Under the pieces are notes generated by a model. The model worked only from the letters and a program-made list of their open reading frames with translations. It was not told the origin of the DNA and made no database searches. This document shows, piece by piece, positions 54,565-64,000 of a stretch of 64,000 nucleotides of DNA (positions within the stretch are counted from its first letter, which is position 1; the number at the start of each line of letters is the position of its first letter). The position numbers and the translations under genes are program-made. Source of the stretch: Eledone cirrhosa (lineage: Eukaryota); the NCBI GenBank assembly GCA_964016885.1, contig OZ024740.1:68200001-68264000 (forward strand), in the 5' to 3' direction.

Positions 54565-55659
54565 AATGGAAAAAAATGAACCGAAATTTGATTTCTCACT
54601 CTTAGTACGGCTGTTACTTAAATATAAGTATGTATACGTACATACATATATGTATACAGACGTACAGTAGTATGTATATATATATGTACATGCATATATA
54701 TATATATATATATATGTACGTATGAGTTTACTGAACATTTATTATAAATCTCGGTTTGTTTGTAAACAAACAGCCCGAATTAAGCCGTACAGTGTTTAGC
54801 AACCATCGTTGCCCTTTTGTTCAACACTGACAAAGGAACAATGTACTAGTTTCAAGCTTATTAGCTATCGTATACCTTCCTGCCAGATGATTGAACGTCT
54901 GAAAGTATGTACTTTCCTTATGCATATTAATGGCTGAGCGGCCTAATTTGCAAATCGAGTGAATTTGTCGGCCGGTGCACCGAAAACAATAAATGGAAAA
55001 AATGAAACGAAATTTCATTTCTCATCTTAGTACGGCTGTTATTTAAATATAAGTATGTATACGGACATACATATATGTATACAGACGTACAGTAGTATGT
55101 ATACATATACATACATGCACACATATATATATAAGTATGGGTTTAACAAACATGTATTATAATGCTCGGTTTGTTTGTAAACAAACAGCCCGAATTCAAT
55201 GAAGCAGTAAAAATGCTGGTTTTCACCTAATGCGAGCCCTAGTGGGTCAATAAAATGAATTGTTTTAATGTTCATAATATGCCTTGAAATTTCGGGAAAA
55301 TCAGCTAGACGTAACGCCTCAAAAAAGCCGTAAAAAGGTGAAAAAATGAAATTTTTCACCGAATGCGGTCCCGAGGACATAAGAAAATTTGGATTTTCTT
55401 TGCTCACGGTATGAAGAAGAGACTGACTAATACATAGTTACAATTTGAAGGAAATCAGTCTGACGTATCGCCTCAAATAAGCCCTAAAAACCTGAAAACA
55501 CGCAGTTTTTCACCTAATGCGGGCTCTAGGAGATACAAAATTTGAATTTTATTATGTGCATAACACTCCCTGAAACATAGGTAATACACATGTAAAGTTT
55601 GAAAATGTTCGGTTGCGTACTTCTCGAGTTTTAGGGATTCAAACCCATATATACACACA

Positions 55660-55701
<42 letters not shown>

Positions 55702-56000
55702 TCCTCAGGGAAGTGACGTAATGGAGACAGCTAGACATACAGACAGATATTATAAGGGCGCGACGTTATATGTATGTATCTATCTTAAAATAGAAAGATT
55801 AAGAATTATAGAGAGAGATCGCTAAATCGCCTAATGCGGTCCCTAGAGCATTGAACATTTGAAATTGATTTTGCTCAGAACACTCCCTGAAACGTAAGTA
55901 TTAAATGTGTAAAGCTAGAAAACAGTCGGTTGGGTGCTTCTCGAGTTTTAGTGATTCAAACTCGCACACAAACAGACATCCTAAGTTTTATATATATAGA
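54565..56000 (-). mobile_element. Non-autonomous Helitron-like element with internal tandem units
   Basis: Minus strand begins TCTATATATATAAAACTTAGGATGTCTGTTTGTG (TC start plus short microsatellite, typical of Lep1-like Helitrons). Internal repeats CCTAATGCGG and CTTCTCGAGTTTTAG. No 3' hairpin/CTAG identified. Confidence 0.5.
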
Positions 56001-56773
56001 AACTAGTGTAAAAGTCGATCTCATGTTCCGTGCTTTGTTCCCTTAAATCCGGGATTTAAATAGATTTTGAATAAATGTCGACATTAGTATTCCGCCGATA
56101 ACAGGTCAACATTTCTGGGTCAAGGTATCATCCTTTTTGTAGAAATATCACTGTTACAAAATCGTCATGAATGTATGCATATTTGATATTATTGCAAATA
56201 CAAGACTGAAACTAAGAATTGACGCAAACGTCTGCTTAATTTCTGTAGCCTGCCCAATAGTTGGAATGTTTGGTGCTTATAGCGGAATGCTCAGTGCATA
56301 TAGCAAAACTCCATATAATAGAGAGCACAACAGTTGTAGGGTGCTACATCAACATTACTAAAATGTATTCACACGTTTACTGTAATTCATCGACTTTATT
56401 CGTTTAGAGATCAGGTGGGCTTCTGCTACTGATACGGTTCTTTGTATTCTAGCTGGCATTTAAAGCCCCTCAAACGTATTAGCCATATAATAGTCGAACC
56501 CATAAATTCAAACATAAACAATGGTTTTAAAAGTTCGATTTTTAAACGAGTAAATACGGTATATATATTTAATTATGTAAGTATAATAATAATGATTGTG
56601 ACTATACTTATTAATTTAATTATATGATTCTCTGCACAATATTTGCATATGTGCTTTTCCTTGATGGCAGTGTGCATCCTCTCTAATTTCTTGGATTTTG
56701 AACTTGAATTATATCGTTAAGCGAACATAGAGGCACTTGATAGTTATATATTATATATCAATATGTTTGATAA

Positions 56774-56808
<35 letters not shown>

Positions 56809-56809
56809 T

Positions 56810-58723
56810 TCTAGGGCGGGTAAAATTCCCGAGATCCATGGACGAGTTCTCTTCAGCGGTCTCTGTCCCTCATCATCGCTGCCATGTCCTGCTCTCCAAC
56901 AGACCAATGTCTGTCCTTAGGGCATCAACATACGTTAACCTCGGTCTTCCACTTCCAGTGTGTCCATGTCGGGGCTCCAACAGGAGCACTGAGTGTAATG
57001 TCAACTCTGAATGTCGGTGAGCATGTCCAGCCAACCTCAGTCTCCTCTGTGTCACTTTTGCACTGACTTTTGGGAGGCTCCCATACAGCTCTGAGTTTTT
57101 CCTCCTCGGTGTATACTGATCAATGTTCAAAGCCACTTCAGCATTCTTGTGAAGCACCCATCCACCATCAGTGTCCAAGTCTCATACCCGTACAGCAGCA
57201 CAGACTCCACTACAGCAATGAAGAGTCGGATTTTCAGGTCTTTACGAAGGTCCCACTTCCAAACTGATCTCAAGCTGTGGCACGCCGCCAAGGCTTTGTT
57301 CTTCCTCTCAACCACATCATCTTCCGTATTCCCAATCTTTGCCGCTTACATTGTGAACCCTTCTGGCTTCTCAACATTCTCAACCAGATATTTTATGTTA
57401 GTCTCATTCATTCTCACCCCCACACTCATCGACACAGTCTCAACTTCCTGCATCAAATCCTTTGCCTCCTTCACTGTATTTGTCACCAAAACTATGTCGT
57501 CGGCAAATTCACCATTCGATATCTTTTTCGCCTTAACTCTCCTGCTCTGAGCCGGTGCTACAGTAAAGCCAGAGTCTGGTGTTTCTCCAGTGCAAGGCGC
57601 ATACAATAGTCCACTGCGATAATACAAAGATATTGAGCCATTGTATCTCCCCGGAGCACTCCAGCCAGTATCTCAAAGAACTCTGTCATCCCATCAGGTG
57701 TAATAACTTGGGCTTTGGTATTAGTCTAGAGCAGTGATATCAGGTCCACTATCTTCTTGGGGATTCCATAAGCCTGTAAGATCTTCATCAGGCAGTGACG
57801 GTCCACAGAATCAAGGGCCTTCCTAAAGTCAATTAAAACCATGAACGCAGGAAGGCACTTTGCTCCAGCTCCCTCTAATATCCTGCTCAGCCTCAGGATG
57901 TGACTAATGGTTGATCTTCCCTCTCTGAAGCCGTTCTGGTTGTCCCTGATCTTCTTCTCCATCTCAGGCTGGATCCTGTTAAGAATCATCCTGTTGAGGA
58001 TTTTTGACACAAGTGACGTCAGTGAGATCCCCCTGTGGTTGTTGGTGTTAGAGAGATCTCCCTTCTTCGGCACTGGGACGATGTTACTGATTCTCCACTG
58101 ATTCGGGGCAACTCCTTTCTCCAGTGCCTGGTTACCGAACTCCAGCATGATATCATCAATATCACACCGCTTCATCACTTCTAATGCCACTCCATCTTCT
58201 CCATGAGCCTTGTCCTCCTTGATCTTCTTCTTGGCTATCTGAAGTTGCTCTCTAGTGAAGGGCACGGTCTCAATATTGTTCTTCATACAGTCGCCTCATC
58301 TCCACAGTGCTCTGGGCTGTGGAGGACGGCCCTACTAGTAGGGAGCTAAAATGGTCTAGCCATTTCCTTTTACTAACCTCGGACCCTGTTCCCTGGATCT
58401 GACTCGAACACCTTCTCTTCCTCCCTGTGATCTCGTTGATGATCATCCAGCTCTCCTTACATCCAGACCTGTCAACCACTCCCTCCACACTTCTGATCTT
58501 CTCTATCAGTGCCTCCTCCCCGGCCTCAGTGTAAGTGGTACAGAGTTCTTCCCTCATCACATCCACAGTCTCCTTCCTCTCCTACGTAGGATCAGCATAA
58601 GAATTGGTCCTTGGCAGGTTTCAGGTGTTCTCTGGCTGCACTCACTTTTGGGTCTGCACAGCTGACGTACTTCCTTTTGTTCTTTCTCCTCGGCACCAGA
58701 GTCTCACTTGCTTCCGCCACTGC
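56810..58723 (-). pseudogene. Degenerate 5'-truncated RTE-clade LINE
   Basis: PKKGDLSNTNNHRGISLTS, QNGFR, IDFRKALDS, FADD, LLYGYETWTL and RLRLAGHAHRH. Confidence 0.88.
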
Positions 58724-58765
58724 ATATGTATATATATGTATATATATATATATGTGTGTATGTGT

Positions 58766-58840
<75 letters not shown>

Positions 58841-58938
58841 TGCGTGCGTGTGTGTGTGCGTGCGTGTGTGTGTGTGTGAGTGCGTGCGTGTGTGTGTTTA
58901 TATATAGATGTATATATAAAACTATATTATTATTATTA

Positions 58939-61900
58939 CAGTTGCATTTAACTTGCTTTATGTTCATACGAGTTATCACCAAATCACAACCAGTGACCTC
59001 AAGAGACAACAAGGTCCGCCATGTTCAAGAAGGAACATACACACACATACATCTTTAGGTGTTTAGACTTGTGATGTACTTATATTGACAGTATCTTCCT
59101 TAGTATATGGGCAGTTCCCATTATTACTATCTTTTGTGTTTCTCCTATACGCGGGTTTCCTGGGATTTGCAATAAGTAATCATTAGACCGTTTTAGGTAT
59201 CATTCATAGAGCGCCTACAACCACTGGTATTGTTTTAGTTCTCAATTTCCACATTTTTCCAATTTCTATCTCCAGGTCCTTATACTTGCTCAATTTTTCA
59301 AATGTTTTTATAGTTACATTCTTGTCTATTGGAACGGACATATAAATTAGCAGGCATACCATGTTTTTAAAGTCCTTCAGTATTATATGAGGTCTATTTG
59401 CATCTATTTTTCGGTTTGTTTGGATGCTAAAGGTCCACAAGATTGAGATGTGATCTTTTTCAAGTATGGGTGGTGGTTGATGCTCCCAGCAATTCTTTTG
59501 ATGGGGCAGGTCAAAATGCTTACACATTATGTATGTATTGTGCAGATCTGTCATACTTGTTTAGGTATTCGGTTGGAGCTATAGGACCGCACATTGAAAT
59601 TATATGATCAATGGTCTCTGGTTGTTTTTTACATACACGGCATAATGGGTTGCATTCATTTTTTATTATGTTGGCTTGGTAAATTTTTGTTGGCAGACAC
59701 TGATCTTGGGCTTTTCTTGCCATTTCTTAGCCCGTTTCTATAGCAGTTCTTGCTTTGCAGTTACTTTTAACTGCTTTGCTTTTTCTGTGTTTTCCATTTC
59801 AGCTGTAAATGAGACTTCTGAAATGTGTAGTCCATTACTGTATCTTTGTGCATCTTTTGTAATGGAGTATGATCTTTTGATGATTTCGTGTTTCAAAATG
59901 AGTTTGATCAACCAATCATGTGATTCCCTTAGATATGTAGATAATCCAATTGTTGCAGTTTTCAACGCAATATCTAACTGGATTAACCCACGTCCTCCTT
60001 CTTTCCCGGGGAGATATATTATATCTGTATCTGCCTTAGGATGATGCATTCTGTGCATGGTTAAGAATATTCTAATGTTTGTATGGAGCCTACGGATCTC
60101 TGTGCTTGACAAGTTGATGACATTGTAACTATTGGTTACTACTGGTATGGCAAGCGTGTTTATAGCATCGATCCTATTCCTTGCATTCAATTCCCTTCTT
60201 AAGATTGCTCTTACTCTGCGGTAACATTCCTTCCTTATCCTTTTCCTCATTGCCGAGTGCTTGATTCCGTCTCCTTCACAAACACCTAGATATTTGTAAG
60301 TTTCATCTTGATCAAGTTCTCTTATCACATTTCCCCGATCAAGATCAATGTCTGAACTTTTCAGCAGCTTTCCTCTGGTGAACGTTGCTTTGGCGCATTT
60401 ATCTAATCCAAACTCCATTTTAACGTCATCACTGAACTGATCCACAGGGGATGATAGGGATGATCATTTTTTGCAAATAGTTTCAGGTCATCCATGTAGA
60501 ACAGGTGATTAATGGTTTTGTCATAGACTTTATATCCATGTTTTGTTTCATTGAGCATTTTACTTATTGGAATAAGTGCGATGCAAAATAAAAGAGTCAC
60601 CATGAACAATTCCACAATTAATATTAACTTCTCCAGCTTCCAGTGATTTTTTTTCACTATTCAAATGTAGTGTCGTTTTCCATGTCTTCATACTGAATGA
60701 TAGGAACCTCCTTGACAACGGGAGATATTTTGAAAATCTCTAAACATTTTTCAATCCAACTGTGTGGCAAACTATCGAATGCTTTTTTATAATCTATCCA
60801 AGCAATTGATAGATTGTTGTGTCTATTATGACAATCTTCCAGTATCATTTTGTTAACCAAAACCTGATCCTTAAATCCATATGAGCCTCGTTTACACCCT
60901 TTCTTCTCATTGGGAATAAGATAATTTGTTATCAGGTGGTCATATGTATATTCAGTTAGGACTGATGTTAACATGTTATACATTGTGGTCAAGCAAGTTA
61001 TCGGTCTGTAATTTTGGGGATTGTTTGTCTCATCATTCTTCGGAAGCAGGAATGTAGTGCCGTTACGTAGCCATGATGGTATATTTTCTGGCTCCTTAAC
61101 TATTTCATTGTAAAATTAGGCTAACAGCTCATGAGACTCTGTGAAGGCATTTATCCAAACATTTGGTATTTCGTCATTTCCTGGGGATTTCCATTTGCTA
61201 AGACCCAAACGCAACTGTTCAACTGTTATATTTTCCCATGTTTGTTCCTCAAGGTGAGCTGTATCTTTCATTTGTCTGTCTATCCATGGAGCATGTATAT
61301 TATGAACTTACTCTTCGGCCCAGATCTTTTGCCAGAATTCTTGCACTTCCTCCTTGGGTGGTATTGATTTAGCAGTTATTGTAGACTTACCAATTTTTCT
61401 GTAGAAGTTTCTTTGGTTATTTTTGAACATATTATTGTCCTTATAGAATCTAGATCGTTTTTCAAAGCGCCTTATACGAGCAGCTCTGGCCGACACTTTT
61501 TGCTTGATTATTTCTATCAGCATGTCTATGTCACCTGTTGATTTTATACTGTATTTTCTTTTCAATTTTCTGAGCTCAGTTTGTTTAACATGTTCACCAA
61601 CTTTGTAGTTTATTACAATTTCTATGTCAGATCGGAGAATATTTATTTGGCGATTGATGTTCTCTTGCCAAGTAGGTTTCTTGTGGGAATTCCTTTGATT
61701 TTTCGTTTTCATTCCACATAAGTGACTGTTGACTTTAGCCGATGCATAATAGAAATGATTTAGATCAGTAATGTTTAGTTTGTTTGTGATGATAATGTTT
61801 TTGAGAATTATGTCAGTCTTGTGTATTATCTTTTGGTTCTGTTTGGAGTTCTGGATCTTAGGGAGAATGTCTCGTCCCCACATGTCAGATTCCTTCATTT

Positions 61901-62154
61901 TCATCCATTCGATCATAATTTCATCCTTCAAGTTGGCAAGTTCATTCTCATTCGTTTCTTTATCATTTACGATCTCATTGTTTCCATTTTGAGTTTCATC
62001 TTCAGCATGCACTCCCTCTACTTTTTCGATCCTTTCTTTAATTTGTTCTGCTGTCAGTGATTCCGTCCCAACCCTGGGATTCGAAGTGTTACAATTTATC
62101 TCGTTTTCACTGAACCATGTTTCATTTTCCCTTCGCTGATTTTCTGCTAATAGC
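58939..62154 (-). mobile_element. R4/Dong-type LINE family B, longer and older copy
   Basis: N-terminal helical region, NYRPITCL, WIDYKKAFDS, YMDDLK, CCHC and RP(H)I. Multiple frameshifts and an internal deletion. (TAA)n at both ends. Confidence 0.92.
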
Positions 62155-62216
<62 letters not shown>

Positions 62217-64000
62217 TGCATTTATCTTGCTTTATGTTTATACGAGTTATCACCAAGTCACAACCAGTGACCTCAAGAGACAACAAGGTCCGCCATGTTC
62301 AAGAAAGAACACACATATTCACACATGCATCCTTAGTGTTTAGACTTGTGATGTACTTATATTGACAGGATCTTCCTTAGTATATGGGCAGTTCCCATTA
62401 GTACTATCTTTTGTATTTCTCCTATACGCGGGTTTCCTGGGATTTGCGATAAGTAGTCGTTAGACCCCTTAGGTATCATTCCCAGAGCGCCTACAACCAC
62501 TGGTATTGTTTTAGTTCTCAATTTCCACATTTTTCCAATTTCTATCTCCAGGTCCTTATACTTGCTACTTTTCAAATGTTTTTATAGATACATTCTTGTC
62601 TATTGGAACAGACATATCAATTAGCAGGCATACCCTCCTTTGAAAGTCCTTCAATATTATATCAGGTCTATTTGCATCTATTTTTCGGTCTGTTTGGATG
62701 CTAAAGTTCCACAAGATTGAGATGTGATCTTTTTCAAGTATGGGAGGTGGTTGATGCTCCCACCAATTCTTTTGATGGGGCAGGTCAAAATGCTTACACA
62801 TTATCCAATGTATGTATTGTGCAGCTCTGTCATGCCTGTTTAGGTATTCGGTTGGAGCTATAGGACTGCACATTGAAATAATATGGTCAATGGTCTCTGG
62901 TTGTTTTTTGCATACACGGCATAATGGGCTGCACCCAATTTTTATTATGTTGGCTTGGTAATTTTTTGTTGGCAGACACTGATCTTGTGCCGATATAATC
63001 AGTCCTTCAGTATCCGATTTCAGTCCAGAGGATGCCAACCACTGATGGGTTAAAGTTTTGTCAACATCAGGATTGTTAGCTCGCTCTGGGTATTTTCCAT
63101 ACAGAGGCTTTTCTTGCCAATTCTTAGCTAGTTTCTGTAGCAGTTCTTTCTTTGCAGTTACTTTTACCTGCTTTGCTTTTTCTGTGTTTTCCATTTCAGC
63201 AGTAAATGGGACTTCTGAAATTTGTAGTCCATTACTGTATCTTTGTGCATCTTTTGTAATGGAATATGATCTTTTGGTGCTTTCGTGTTTCAAAACGAGT
63301 TTGATCATCCAATCATGTGATTCCCTTAGATATGTGGATAATCCAATTGTTGCACTTTTCAACGCAATGTCTAACTGGATTAACCCACGTCCTCCTTCTT
63401 TCCTAGGGAGATATATTCTATCTATGTCTGCCTTAGGGTGATGCATTCTGTGCATGGTTAAGAATTTTCGAATTTTTGTATCGAGCCTACGGATCTCTGT
63501 GCTTGACCAGTTGATGACATTGTAACTGTAGGTTACTACTGGTATGGCAAGCGTGTTTATGGCATCGATCCTATTCCTTGCATTCAATTCCGTTCTTAAG
63601 ATTGCTCTGACTCTGCGGTAACATTCCTTCCTTATCCTTTCCCTCATTGTTGAGTGCTTGATTCCGTCTCCTTCACAAACACCTAGATATTTGTAAGTTT
63701 GTTCTTGATCAAGCTCTCTTATCACGTTCCCCCGATCAAGATTAATGTCTGAACTCTTCAGCAGCTTTCCTCTGGTGAACGTTGCTTTGGCGCATTTATC
63801 CAGTCCAAACTCCATTTTAATGTCATCACTGAACTGCTTCACAGTGGATAATAGCCCTTGCAATTGTTCATCATTTTTTGCAAATAGTTTCAGGTCATCC
63901 ATGTAGAACAGGTGATTAATGGTTTTGTCATAGACTCTATATCCATGTTTTGTTTCATTGAGCATTTTACTTAATGGTATAAGTGCGATGCAGAATAAAA
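62217..64000 (-). mobile_element. R4/Dong-type LINE family B, younger copy (continues beyond window)
   Basis: ORF 62565-63965 with YMDDLK, CRVC..ETIDHIISMC, RHD and RPDI. One frameshift near 62567. (TAA)n tail at 62155-62215. Confidence 0.93.

Overview
AT-rich, gene-free eukaryotic DNA (intergenic or intronic). The microsatellite load and SINE types most resemble a cephalopod such as Octopus; this is an inference. I found no host exon. The window is a mosaic of (TA)n/(CA)n/(GA)n/(TAA)n microsatellites filled with retroelements: five Penelope-like element (PLE) copies or fragments, five R4/Dong-type REL-endonuclease LINEs, one Tx1/L1-type LINE, four RTE-clade LINEs, tRNA-derived SINEs, RTE-derived bipartite short elements, a Helitron-like non-autonomous element and a MITE-like remnant. 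The notable signal is non-coding. About 20 hammerhead-ribozyme (HHR)-like motifs from about 9 repeat families occur, many inside fold-back 'hairpin + tail' insertions that place an HHR on both strands. One retrozyme-like family (33.9-34.5 kb, 48.7-49.6 kb) carries the three HHR core strands in a non-circularly permuted order (UH strand, then GAAA strand, then CUGAUGA strand), with compensatory base changes between copies. All structures and alignments were read by eye and need computational and biochemical confirmation.
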